Positions 11,601 to 21,700 of a stretch of DNA of 64,000 nt are shown in pieces. The notes under the pieces are model-generated. The model made no database searches. It saw only the letters and a list, made by a program, of their open reading frames with translations, and was not told the DNA's origin. The translations under genes and the position numbers were made by a program. The stretch spans positions 496,001 to 560,000 of the forward strand of contig OZ025804.1 of assembly GCA_964019425.1 (NCBI GenBank), written 5' to 3'. Source of the stretch: Flectonema sp. DT1601. Lineage: Eukaryota. Each line of letters starts with the position of its first letter. The first letter of the stretch is position 1.

Positions 11601-14127
11601 TCGCCACCAGCCGCCTCCATGTTTCCCCCACCGCGACTGGCCGGTGCTCCCCCGGCTTCCCTTCTTTCTCCAGCGCCGTCAGGTTCGCCCCCGCCAGCAG
11701 CGGCGCTACTTCCCGCGGCGCCCTCCCGTTCGCCAGAATCCTCACCACCTCCGTGATCGAGGCTACCAGCCCCGGCACCTCACCCCGCTCCACCACGTCC
11801 TTCAGGTGTTGCGGCGCGAGGCCCGAAGGCCCTCCACTCGACCCCCTGTGGAAGGAGCGTAGGCATGCTAGCAGCTCCACCTCTGCTATCTGCACCTCCT
11901 GCCCTGCCGTGGCCGATGGGGGTCCGCTCGCCCTCGGGTGTAGGGTGCGCATCTGCTCCAGCACCTTCTCGGTTCGTTCTGCTGGCGGCGGCGCGTCTAG
12001 GGCCGAGATCGCCTGTGACAGGCAACCCTCCCTCGCTAGCGACGTGGCCCTGTCGTTCCTTCCTTTTTGCCCCGCCTCTTTCACTGCTGGCCTTCCCGTC
12101 GCCTTGCGGGGGGCCGCCGCTTTCCACAGTCCCTCAAATTCCCCCCGAATCCATGCTTGCAGGTCGTCGACCGCCCCTGTCAGATCGCTGGTCGACAACC
12201 TCCTACCCCCCCTCCGTATCCTCCGCAGTGTACATGTCGGGAGCATCAAGAGCAGCTTCCATGCCCACTCATCGTTCCGCTCCACGACTAGGTCGAGCGA
12301 CAGCTTGAGTGCTCGCCCCAGATGATGCAACAGGGACACCGGCAGCTTCTTCGCTATCGGCCTCCTCCTGCTGGCTATTTCCTCCAAAGAGGGGAAGCTC
12401 TGGCTCTCCAGCACCCGCTTCCGGAACGCCGTGTACACGTCCCCCAGTTGGACCTTCTGCAGTTTCTCACTGCACCCCGGATGCATCGGCTGGTCCTGCC
12501 CGATGATCCCACAGCACACCGGACATTCCCGGAGGCCTAGCCTCGCCAACTGTCCATGCGTCAGCGGGTTGCCACTGAATGCGTGCTCGTCCACGTGTCT
12601 TAGGAGCTCCGCCCACTCCTCGAAGCCTCCCTTGTGTTTCGGGCACTCCGCTTGGGGGCACTCGTGCAGCTGGGCCTGTCGGGAGGCTGTCTGCAGCACT
12701 GCCGGCTCGCCTCCTGCTGCTTGCGACAGCGGGCCTGGCGACACTAACTCCAACCTCCGGGCGCTCTGTAGCAGCCGCGCGACGCAGTCCTCGGATGCCT
12801 CCACTGGGTCGTAGTGGCACCCGTTTTGCAGGGTCAAGACCAGCGTCCGCTTCGGGTCCGATGGCCCTTCCACCACCAGCGTTTCCGTCCTCACCACGAC
12901 GACGAAGCGGCACTGTAGGTCCTCTGCCATGACCTGTAGGGCCAATGCATCGCCCCAGCATCCATCCTCTTCCAACGCCCTCGCATATACTCCGAATGCG
13001 TCCGCGTCCTGGAAGAAGACCTCGAACCTTTCCCTGTTCTTGGTCAGGTATCCTGCCGTTCTCCTGCGGAGCTCTCCATGTCTGCCCTTCCACCCCTCTG
13101 GCGTCTCTAGGAGTTGGCACACACTCCTGAACAGGCAATTCCCATCCCCAATCACCCGGAATACTTTTGCTCCCTCGCACTTCAGGCTTGCCAGTTCCGG
13201 CGTGGGTCCCGTCGCTACCCCCAGCCGTCCCTTGAGGTCCAACATCTCCCGACACCTCACTGTCTGGTGCACCAATCCGGTACTCAGCTCCCCGCAGGCC
13301 TTGCAGATCTGCTTTCCGAGTCTGTCGGATGCCATCTGGGCCGTTACCTCCCCCGGTACCACTCCCTTCAGGTGTTGTTTGAAGTGGTACTCTAGGTCAC
13401 CCCTCACCCAGACGCTGCACCCCACCACCGGGCACTTCGTCCTCCCCTTGCTTTGCCCTCCTCCTGCCAGGTCTGACGGCCTCGCATACCATGGTCTGGG
13501 CTCCGCCTTGTGCCCTCCTGGCTTTGTCCAGTCCCTTTCGGGCCCTGCCCGTCGCTTCCTCGGTGTCTCCGCCTTGTTCTTCCTTGGCCTCTCTGTCTCC
13601 GCGCGGAACCTCTCTCGCCTGGCGTGGAACTTCTCCAACTCTCCCGCCCACCGCTCCCACCTCTCCTGCCGTTCCTTCAGCAGCTTCCTCCTCCTCCTTT
13701 CCAGCCGCCTTGCCGCCTTGGACGCCACTTTCGGGGACGCCCTCTTCAGGAGCTCCCTTCCTCCCTTGTCTGGAGGTGGCTTTGGGTGGTCTCGCCTCAC
13801 CCGGTTCCCGGCCGTTTCCGTTCCCCTCCGCGGGACCCACACCCCCTCTCGTCCATGTTGGAAAGCGCGTCCGCTTGCCGTATTGTTGGGGCTGTTTGAG
13901 CTGTTGGGGGTTATAAATGGGTGCGGGGGGATCGGGCGTGTTACGCGTCGGCTGATGCGCGATGAAAACAGTGGGCCTTTGTCCAGCGTTGTGAAAAGAG
14001 GGGTGTGCCATCCGCCTGGCACTGGGGCTAACCTCTGCTTACCCACTCCGGACGTCTGTTGCGCCCTCGTTCCACTTAGTAGTGCCCACAGCAGCACGTA
14101 CCCACACAGTAACATTGTTTTCTCCAT
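5605..14127 (-). CDS. Retrotransposon polyprotein, ~2840 aa: ZnF-OTU-ZnF-RT-CCHC-RLE-USP-RNaseH-like-2xHBD-RNaseH-like-acidic/basic tail
   Basis: OTU: GDGNCLFRSV/WGD/HYD. RT: HRPVAVGETWRRL, QLGV, KIDFSNAFN, QQGDPLGPLLF, YLDDG, LPTRMGGLG. Knuckle CRIC..HASIC, then RHE. RLE: RPGD..FDITV..K..KY. USP: GLPNIGNSCYLN..GHY..QDD. HBDs: YAVAVGWKPGVYASW and YAVARGRAVGLFQCW. First ATG is at 14127 after an A-run; the track's 14493 start is not ATG. Confidence 0.93.
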   Translation of the reverse strand: MEKTMLLCGYVLLWALLSGTRAQQTSGVGKQRLAPVPGGWHTPLFTTLDKGPLFSSRISRRVTRPIPPHPFITPNSSNSPNNTASGRAFQHGREGVWVPRRGTETAGNRVRRDHPKPPPDKGGRELLKRASPKVASKAARRLERRRRKLLKERQERWERWAGELEKFHARRERFRAETERPRKNKAETPRKRRAGPERDWTKPGGHKAEPRPWYARPSDLAGGGQSKGRTKCPVVGCSVWVRGDLEYHFKQHLKGVVPGEVTAQMASDRLGKQICKACGELSTGLVHQTVRCREMLDLKGRLGVATGPTPELASLKCEGAKVFRVIGDGNCLFRSVCQLLETPEGWKGRHGELRRRTAGYLTKNRERFEVFFQDADAFGVYARALEEDGCWGDALALQVMAEDLQCRFVVVVRTETLVVEGPSDPKRTLVLTLQNGCHYDPVEASEDCVARLLQSARRLELVSPGPLSQAAGGEPAVLQTASRQAQLHECPQAECPKHKGGFEEWAELLRHVDEHAFSGNPLTHGQLARLGLRECPVCCGIIGQDQPMHPGCSEKLQKVQLGDVYTAFRKRVLESQSFPSLEEIASRRRPIAKKLPVSLLHHLGRALKLSLDLVVERNDEWAWKLLLMLPTCTLRRIRRGGRRLSTSDLTGAVDDLQAWIRGEFEGLWKAAAPRKATGRPAVKEAGQKGRNDRATSLAREGCLSQAISALDAPPPAERTEKVLEQMRTLHPRASGPPSATAGQEVQIAEVELLACLRSFHRGSSGGPSGLAPQHLKDVVERGEVPGLVASITEVVRILANGRAPREVAPLLAGANLTALEKEGKPGEHRPVAVGETWRRLVAKILCGAYRSQARSSLLEVRQLGVAVSGGVEAAVHTLHEFRAEHALSSQKVFVKIDFSNAFNCVKRGAFLDSTRDTLLESWVSWCYGAPTWLLFGDERLSSEEGAQQGDPLGPLLFSLAIKPALQKVLEAKPELACFYLDDGLVAGTLEQVDKALQILQKETAELGLTLRPDKCQTHVLDSAQNTLPLGWGLEGMRPPLYNGDFLGAPFGTEEHCQEFVDRKVAQLEKKAELLADLQDRQVAMVLLRQCMGFCKVTHLMRCCTHGKMDTSMRKVDELMRSTASRVLGLTLEGPKWMQAQLPTRMGGLGLRSCAEHRGAALLGSLELVQGVSKSLWEGFKGVLMPALKKGLNLALPEELRIEEDGPGPNPQRLSSAKLDQVKRDCLLAGANDPRDKGRLLSLRMDKASAWLQQADEECAMDPETFRIACGMRLGAALFAEGAVCRICSGPQDRQGYHASICIKNGHVHQRHERVKEEFISIFKQAGLPLLREPSHLLGPNKQRPGDWYCQEGLREGRGRAFDITVVNPGKIKLYKTPGQAAREAESLKGNKYAEQCTKHGINFSTIALEAYGGMGREAVGTLKKLVQICATNSTVPHREIAGEMARRISTSVVVATAEALRAREASVAMDSVNPLPRTKPPPEMTEKPTSQEREPRPRAETEEIQQPEVMRQSAGPPPTMRGLPNIGNSCYLNASVQCLLKGTALTQVLTGKEEVGMSGLLSGVVKGSGECLEKLSEMFDPLQDRRQGEVVGTLTSIVDALLEEKKEVCEPLFSAVQLKQLVCTGCADASGSTDELTLIPLCGRTPQVRLQPTKERVERSCEKLCGSNEATLEESFASLPSSLIFQRDKQDTQGSLGWEERFQVQVGERVMTYQQTGAIAHLGSDNAGHYVSYTWDGVGWQKQDDKAISQVSTEEIHGTKPVVVVYSRVEGSTQEDVGVPVRWIPVANKDRMEVREAPSSEEDTAGYTSREEAECVLRTRVVGGQTQRKLLLLVSSVWNAEMEKLGAAACLIHMGTLDRRFTWSGCLPTWDEATAEYVAALLGLNAIRERSQLLGGETQIEVVTPQQGWGAEQQEALKLVALPSVIEHQVTESSRGVENLALWEAESAAWDEPVELSEDGLDYLVIELEMNLGLSQLRGKAVEPDESQSLPGGSTASGEDRPRAEAPAQVEAQTTEAQGAEAVGLRDEPAQEVGQPEEKEPPSPDPPSKEEKLYAVAVGWKPGVYASWEEAKAQTEGCSNATHQSFSSRKEADRFVERWQPETREPTRATEGVSPRKWYAVARGRAVGLFQCWNEANSMVSGYAAARHKSFASKGEAEGYLRTHLLGEVVGEVGTRYTLVYACEEDPVTGRLGAAASWLDTHRFEVLGTWSAGLPAGDTHWGRYFAALVGLVAAKACGGLVPAEASLLLRGSTTHWSTGQREVLEEAELMGRRTTLVEMPERMRTHATEEAEKAAKEGSTSVTEAVMKVFTEGAKNCLGHGTQTGPFTVRWEGRQLRLEPQYTEEGTGSSGGRESVEGEDARVEGRDEQSPVPTPKGAVQRVEAGVLELSSEGSEGDDDRSSSPATGQDEGNGSMSGGSLGSPGTSDMEAEEQTDERDQSVDPSAAETSGENHHLAEDLQAEKGDELDETSHHSGEPPSSDGMDGVEGLEDLEDSQSEMEVDGENVTEGSVVQYVEETSEDVVQVAESDTEEEGSSDSQMTMTVDEQEWEEGAAPEGNAGQMAWMLGLHPEGGNAETRREGQSEPLSKLVNSGESKPMAERSSLGAKMGPRAVGSDGSGEDAERSPGTVSTPSTRGRTKYRKGMEEEREECVSPKTNTGRGRTRGRKAKTRAKGAGKEDPSPQVLQAEMGESTPSSGERQARRRYRKGEERERIEVLSPDPSRKAKRKRRKQKEPEPVEGTTREQAPRSYNRKPTLRRVGKGDTPDTMGYAHGPPGSLTSFTDAGVRPEPAERDGQGVAGVELVTRSSSQSEKSTQGEMREREGDPTRRVLDFSSKGGRR

Positions 14128-14130
14128 TCT

Positions 14131-14166
<36 letters not shown>

Positions 14167-14277
14167 ACTCTTCCTTTTCCGTTCTCTTCGCTGTGGATGA
14201 TTTGTGTATGGAACCCGAAAAAAGACAATCGACTTACCTGCTCTTCTCCTTGTTAGCCCTGTACGTGTGTGTGGAGT

Positions 14278-14308
<31 letters not shown>

Positions 14309-14464
14309 CTGGCTCGCGTATCCTCCGCTTTCCGAACTCTTCTGTCTATGCGGTCACCCCCGTACAGTTCCGACGCAGAATGGTAGTCACCACCACGGGC
14401 ACCAAACAAAGCTAGTGAGAGAGTTCTTCCTTCTCCTCTCCCGCAGGCTGATTCGTAACGCTTT

Positions 14465-14780
14465 GTCTTAAAAAAGAGTTTTAACAGGAACAAAAAAAAG
14501 ATTTGCTCTGTTTGCAGGTCTTAAAAGCAAAGTTTAAACGAGAACAAGAAAAGATATGTTCTTCTCGCGCGCTGACTAGCGGAAGACCGTGTATCAAAGC
14601 AGAGTTTAAACAAGAACAAAAAAAAGGATATGCTCTTTTCGCTGTCTTAAAGCGGTGTTTAAACGAGAACAAGAAAGGATATGTTCTGTTCGTGCGATGT
14701 ATTGCGGAAGACCGTGTCTCAGTGTAGTTTTAATGAAGAACAAAAGAAAAAATTTGTTCTGTTTGCGCGTTCACCAGCGG
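14465..14780. repeat. Five degenerate ~55-70 bp repeats upstream of the retrotransposon ORF
   Basis: Recurring GTCTTAAA..GTTTAAAC.AGAACAA.AAA.GATATGTTCT motif; GCGGAAGACCGTGT occurs twice. Confidence 0.75.
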
Positions 14781-15011
14781 TCCAGTCTCCAGAAAAGATG
14801 AGAAGGACGTATGTGCTGGATGAATAAGTAACTTTTTTTTGACCAAAGCAAAGTACTCTCGAAGACAACTCGAATCAGAATGCAGGTGGGGAAAATTTCA
14901 ACTCCTTCTTCAGCAGAGCAAGGTTTCCACAGCAACAACAATTATCCGCGCCTTCAATGTCCGTTTGTGACTGCTGGCCGACTCAAAGCGTTCGTAGACC
15001 GAAGATAGATG

Positions 15012-15055
<44 letters not shown>

Positions 15056-15513
15056 CCTACCCCGCCGATGTACTAGAGCTTACTGAAGGACCCGCGTTTA
15101 TCTCCTCCTCTGCAAGTATGCCTATGCAAAATCTAATTTCTTTTTTTTTTTTTTTTTTTTTTTTCTTCCTCTTTCTTCCTTAGTATTTTCTAAATAAACA
15201 ACGACAAGTAATACCAAATTCTTCTAAATAAATATGACCTAATTAATATATATAATAAACAATAAAAATTTTTTTTTCCAACTTTTTTTTTTTTTTTTTT
15301 TGATACTGGATATGTTGTGATACAGAGAAGGTTAATTCTCTGTTCACTTGATATCCTGTTTATGAGCGGGGTAAGTTGACCCCAAAAGGTTCGTTCATAA
15401 ATAGAAAGGAATACAATAGAGAAACAGAAGACTGAGCTAGTTTAGTCTAATGTGCAGCAAGAGTTACGTAAAAATAAAATTAATCAGCATAATAGTTACA
15501 ACAGCATGGTTTG

Positions 15514-15713
15514 NNNNNNNNNNNNNNNNNNNNNNNNNNNNNNNNNNNNNNNNNNNNNNNNNNNNNNNNNNNNNNNNNNNNNNNNNNNNNNNNNNNNNNN
15601 NNNNNNNNNNNNNNNNNNNNNNNNNNNNNNNNNNNNNNNNNNNNNNNNNNNNNNNNNNNNNNNNNNNNNNNNNNNNNNNNNNNNNNNNNNNNNNNNNNNN
15701 NNNNNNNNNNNNN
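15514..15713. other. Assembly gap (200 N)
   Basis: Run of N. Confidence 1.
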
Positions 15714-18700
15714 CACACGAACGTACGTGAGACCTACGGTCTGCCGATTTTTTTTTTTTTTTTGTGGGGTGGGAGGGTGGTCGGGTTTGCGAAATTCGTT
15801 AGCTCGAGTAAAAAAATCCGAGGTTCACGAAAACGCCTCTGACGAGGTGGGGAAAAACTGAGAGGAAAGGAAGGATGGGATAAATGTAACAGAGAGACAA
15901 ACAAACAAAACAAAAATCCACCTGCGGTATCTTTCACCTCCAGCGACAGCCCTCTCACCTTCTTTGTCTATCGAAGACGCAGAAGCGCAAGACTCGCAGC
16001 ACGCACACGAACGTACGTGAGACCTACGGTCTGCCGATTTTTTTTTTTTTTTTGTGGGGTGGGAGGGTGGTCGGGTTTGCGAAATTCGTTAGCTCGAGTA
16101 AAAAAATCCGAGGTTCACGAAAACGCCTCTGACGAGGTGGGGAAAAACTGAGAGGAAAAGGAAGGATGGGATAAATGTAAACAGAGAGACAAAACAAACA
16201 AACAAAAATCCACCTGCGGTATCTTTCACCTCCAAGCGACAGCCCTCTCACCTTCTTTGTCTATCGAAGACGCAGAAGCGCAAGACTCGCAGCACGCACA
16301 CGAACGTACGTGAGACTACGGTCTGCCGATTTTTTTTTTTTTTTTGTGGGGTGGGAGGGTGGTCGGGTTTGCGAAATTCGTTAGCTCGAGTAAAAAATCC
16401 GAGGTTCACGAAAACGCCTCTGACGAGGTGGGGAAAAACTGAGAGGAAAAGGAAGGATGGGATAAATGTAACAGAGAGACAAACAAACAAAACAAAAATC
16501 CACCTGCGGTATCTTTCACCTCCAGCGACAGCCCTCTCACCTTCTTTGTCTATCGAAGACGCAGAAGCGCAAGACTCGCAGCACGCACACGAACGTACGT
16601 GAGACCTACGGTCTGCCGATTTTTTTTTTTTTTTTGTGGGGTGGGAGGGTGGTCGGGTTTGCGAAATTCGTTAGCTCGAGTAAAAAAATCCGAGGTTCAC
16701 GAAAACGCCTCTGACGAGGTGGGGAAAAACTGAGAGGAAAAGGAAGGATGGGATAAATGTAACAGAGAGACAAACAAACAAAACAAAAATCCACCTGCGT
16801 ATCTTTCACCTCCAGCGACAGCCCTCTCACCTTCTTTGTCTATCGAAGACGCAGAAGCGCAAGACTCGCAGCACGCACACGAACGTACGTGAGACCTACG
16901 GTCTGCCGATTTTTTTTTTTTTTTTGTGGGGTGGGAGGGTGGTCGGGTTTGCGAAATTCGTTAGCTCGAGTAAAAAAATCCGAGGTTCACGAAAACGCCT
17001 CTGACGAGGTGGGGAAAAACTGAGAGGAAAAGGAAGGATGGGATAAATGTAACAGAGAGACAAACAAACAAAACAAAAATCCACCTGCGGTATCTTTCAC
17101 CTCCAGCGACAGCCCTCTCACCTTCTTTGTCTATCGAAGACGCAGAAGCGCAAGACTCGCAGCACGCACACGAACGTACGTGAGACCTACGGTCTGCCGA
17201 TTTTTTTTTTTTTTTTGTGGGGTGGGAGGGTGGTCGGGTTTGCGAAATTCGTTAGCTCGAGTAAAAAAATCCGAGGTTCACGAAAACGCCTCTGACGAGG
17301 TGGGGAAAAACTGAGAGGAAAAGGAAGGATGGGATAAATGTAACAGAGAGACAAACAAACAAAACAAAAATCCACCTGCGGTATCTTTCACCTCCAGCGA
17401 CAGCCCTCTCACCTTCTTTGTCTATCGAAGACGCAGAAGCGCAAGACTCGCAGCACGCACACGAACGTACGTGAGACCTACGGTCTGCCGATTTTTTTTT
17501 TTTTTTTTGTGGGGTGGGAGGGTGGTCGGGTTTGCGAAATTCGTTAGCTCGAGTAAAAAAATCCGAGGTTCACGAAAACGCCTCTGACGAGGTGGGGAAA
17601 AACTGAGAGGAAAAGGAAGGATGGGATAAATGTAACAGAGAGACAAACAAACAAAACAAAAATCCACCTGCGGTATCTTTCACCTCCAGCGACAGCCCTC
17701 TCACCTTCTTTGTCTATCGAAGACGCAGAAGCGCAAGACTCGCAGCACGCACACGAACGTACGTGAGACCTACGGTCTGCCGATTTTTTTTTTTTTTTTG
17801 TGGGGTGGGAGGGTGGTCGGGTTTGCGAAATTCGTTAGCTCGAGTAAAAAAATCCGAGGTTCACGAAAACGCCTCTGACGAGGTGGGGAAAAACTGAGAG
17901 GAAAAGGAAGGATGGGATAAATGTAACAGAGAGACAAACAAACAAAACAAAAATCCACCTGCGGTATCTTTCACCTCCAGCGACAGCCCTCTCACCTTCT
18001 TTGTCTATCGAAGACGCAGAAGCGCAAGACTCGCAGCACGCACACGAACGTACGTGAGACCTACGGTCTGCCGATTTTTTTTTTTTTTTTTGTGGGGTGG
18101 GAGGGTGGTCGGGTTTGCGAAATTCGTTAGCTCGAGTAAAAAAATCCGAGGTTCACGAAAACGCCTCTGACGAGGTGGGGAAAAACTGAGAGGAAAAGGA
18201 AGGATGGGATAAATGTAACAGAGAGACAAACAAACAAAACAAAAATCCACCTGCGGTATCTTTCACCTCCAGCGACAGCCCTCTCACCTTCTTTGTCTAT
18301 CGAAGACGCAGAAGCGCAAGACTCGCAGCACGCACACGAACGTACGTGAGACCTACGGTCTGCCGATTTTTTTTTTTTTTTTGTGGGGTGGGAGGGTGGT
18401 CGGGTTTGCGAAATTCGTTAGCTCGAGTAAAAAAATCCGAGGTTCACGAAAACGCCTCTGACGAGGTGGGGAAAAACTGAGAGGAAAAGGAAGGATGGGA
18501 TAAATGTAACAGAGAGACAAACAAACAAAACAAAAATCCACCTGCGGTATCTTTCACCTCCAGCGACAGCCCTCTCACCTTCTTTGTCTATCGAAGACGC
18601 AGAAGCGCAAGACTCGCAGCACGCACACGAACGTACGTGAGACCTACGGTCTGCCGATTTTTTTTTTTTTTTTGTGGGGTGGGAGGGTGGTCGGGTTTGC

Positions 18701-21700
18701 GAAATTCGTTAGCTCGAGTAAAAAAATCCGAGGTTCACGAAAACGCCTCTGACGAGGTGGGGAAAAACTGAGAGGAAAAGGAAGGATGGGATAAATGTAA
18801 CAGAGAGACAAACAAACAAAACAAAAATCCACCTGCGGTATCTTTCACCTCCAGCGACAGCCCTCTCACCTTCTTTGTCTATCGAAGACGCAGAAGCGCA
18901 AGACTCGCAGCACGCACACGAACGTACGTGAGACCTACGGTCTGCCGATTTTTTTTTTTTTTTTGTGGGGTGGGAGGGTGGTCGGGTTTGCGAAATTCGT
19001 TAGCTCGAGTAAAAAAATCCGAGGTTCACGAAAACGCCTCTGACGAGGTGGGGAAAAACTGAGAGGAAAAGGAAGGATGGGATAAATGTAACAGAGAGAC
19101 AAACAAACAAAACAAAAATCCACCTGCGGTATCTTTCACCTCCAGCGACAGCCCTCTCACCTTCTTTGTCTATCGAAGACGCAGAAGCGCAAGACTCGCA
19201 GCACGCACACGAACGTACGTGAGACCTACGGTCTGCCGATTTTTTTTTTTTTTTTGTGGGGTGGGAGGGTGGTCGGGTTTGCGAAATTCGTTAGCTCGAG
19301 TAAAAAAATCCGAGGTTCACGAAAACGCCTCTGACGAGGTGGGGAAAAACTGAGAGGAAAAGGAAGGATGGGATAAATGTAACAGAGAGACAAACAAACA
19401 AAACAAAAATCCACCTGCGGTATCTTTCACCTCCAGCGACAGCCCTCTCACCTTCTTTGTCTATCGAAGACGCAGAAGCGCAAGACTCGCAGCACGCACA
19501 CGAACGTACGTGAGACCTACGGTCTGCCGATTTTTTTTTTTTTTTTGTGGGGTGGGAGGGTGGTCGGGTTTGCGAAATTCGTTAGCTCGAGTAAAAAAAT
19601 CCGAGGTTCACGAAAACGCCTCTGACGAGGTGGGGAAAAACTGAGAGGAAAAGGAAGGATGGGATAAATGTAACAGAGAGACAAACAAACAAAACAAAAA
19701 TCCACCTGCGGTATCTTTCACCTCCAGCGACAGCCCTCTCACCTTCTTTGTCTATCGAAGACGCAGAAGCGCAAGACTCGCAGCACGCACACGAACGTAC
19801 GTGAGACCTACGGTCTGCCGATTTTTTTTTTTTTTTTGTGGGGTGGGAGGGTGGTCGGGTTTGCGAAATTCGTTAGCTCGAGTAAAAAAATCCGAGGTTC
19901 ACGAAAACGCCTCTGACGAGGTGGGGAAAAACTGAGAGGAAAAGGAAGGATGGGATAAATGTAACAGAGAGACAAACAAACAAAACAAAAATCCACCTGC
20001 GGTATCTTTCACCTCCAGCGACAGCCCTCTCACCTTCTTTGTCTATCGAAGACGCAGAAGCGCAAGACTCGCAGCACGCACACGAACGTACGTGAGACCT
20101 ACGGTCTGCCGATTTTTTTTTTTTTTTTGTGGGGTGGGAGGGTGGTCGGGTTTGCGAAATTCGTTAGCTCGAGTAAAAAAATCCGAGGTTCACGAAAACG
20201 CCTCTGACGAGGTGGGGAAAAACTGAGAGGAAAAGGAAGGATGGGATAAATGTAACAGAGAGACAAACAAACAAAACAAAAATCCACCTGCGGTATCTTT
20301 CACCTCCAGCGACAGCCCTCTCACCTTCTTTGTCTATCGAAGACGCAGAAGCGCAAGACTCGCAGCACGCACACGAACGTACGTGAGACCTACGGTCTGC
20401 CGATTTTTTTTTTTTTTTTGTGGGGTGGGAGGGTGGTCGGGTTTGCGAAATTCGTTAGCTCGAGTAAAAAAATCCGAGGTTCACGAAAACGCCTCTGACG
20501 AGGTGGGGAAAAACTGAGAGGAAAAGGAAGGATGGGATAAATGTAACAGAGAGACAAACAAACAAAACAAAAATCCACCTGCGGTATCTTTCACCTCCAG
20601 CGACAGCCCTCTCACCTTCTTTGTCTATCGAAGACGCAGAAGCGCAAGACTCGCAGCACGCACACGAACGTACGTGAGACCTACGGTCTGCCGATTTTTT
20701 TTTTTTTTTTGTGGGGTGGGAGGGTGGTCGGGTTTGCGAAATTCGTTAGCTCGAGTAAAAAAATCCGAGGTTCACGAAAACGCCTCTGACGAGGTGGGGA
20801 AAAACTGAGAGGAAAAGGAAGGATGGGATAAATGTAACAGAGAGACAAACAAACAAAACAAAAATCCACCTGCGGTATCTTTCACCTCCAGCGACAGCCC
20901 TCTCACCTTCTTTGTCTATCGAAGACGCAGAAGCGCAAGACTCGCAGCACGCACACGAACGTACGTGAGACCTACGGTCTGCCGATTTTTTTTTTTTTTT
21001 TGTGGGGTGGGAGGGTGGTCGGGTTTGCGAAATTCGTTAGCTCGAGTAAAAAAATCCGAGGTTCACGAAAACGCCTCTGACGAGGTGGGGAAAAACTGAG
21101 AGGAAAAGGAAGGATGGGATAAATGTAACAGAGAGACAAACAAACAAAACAAAAATCCACCTGCGGTATCTTTCACCTCCAGCGACAGCCCTCTCACCTT
21201 CTTTGTCTATCGAAGACGCAGAAGCGCAAGACTCGCAGCACGCACACGAACGTACGTGAGACCTACGGTCTGCCGATTTTTTTTTTTTTTTTGTGGGGTG
21301 GGAGGGTGGTCGGGTTTGCGAAATTCGTTAGCTCGAGTAAAAAAATCCGAGGTTCACGAAAACGCCTCTGACGAGGTGGGGAAAAACTGAGAGGAAAAGG
21401 AAGGATGGGATAAATGTAACAGAGAGACAAACAAACAAAACAAAAATCCACCTGCGGTATCTTTCACCTCCAGCGACAGCCCTCTCACCTTCTTTGTCTA
21501 TCGAAGACGCAGAAGCGCAAGACTCGCAGCACGCACACGAACGTACGTGAGACCTACGGTCTGCCGATTTTTTTTTTTTTTTTGTGGGGTGGGAGGGTGG
21601 TCGGGTTTGCGAAATTCGTTAGCTCGAGTAAAAAAATCCGAGGTTCACGAAAACGCCTCTGACGAGGTGGGGAAAAACTGAGAGGAAAAGGAAGGATGGG

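Larger units (their letters stand above)
4708..15500 (-). mobile_element. Full-length CRE/SLACS-clade RLE non-LTR retrotransposon (5' boundary uncertain)
   Basis: Single intact RT+RLE ORF, a 3' UTR, an A-tract and degenerate repeats upstream of the ORF; no TSD identified. Confidence 0.8.

Noticed and set aside
177..14200. Many long + strand ORFs over the retrotransposons
   Set aside because: Antisense shadows of GC-rich minus-strand coding sequence, with no motifs
14128..14493. N-terminal 122 aa of the 2962-aa track ORF
   Set aside because: Non-ATG start and poly-Lys from A-runs; most likely 5' UTR
15514..15713. Physical continuity between the CRE element and the 291-bp array
   Set aside because: Separated by a fixed-size scaffold gap, so linkage is unproven
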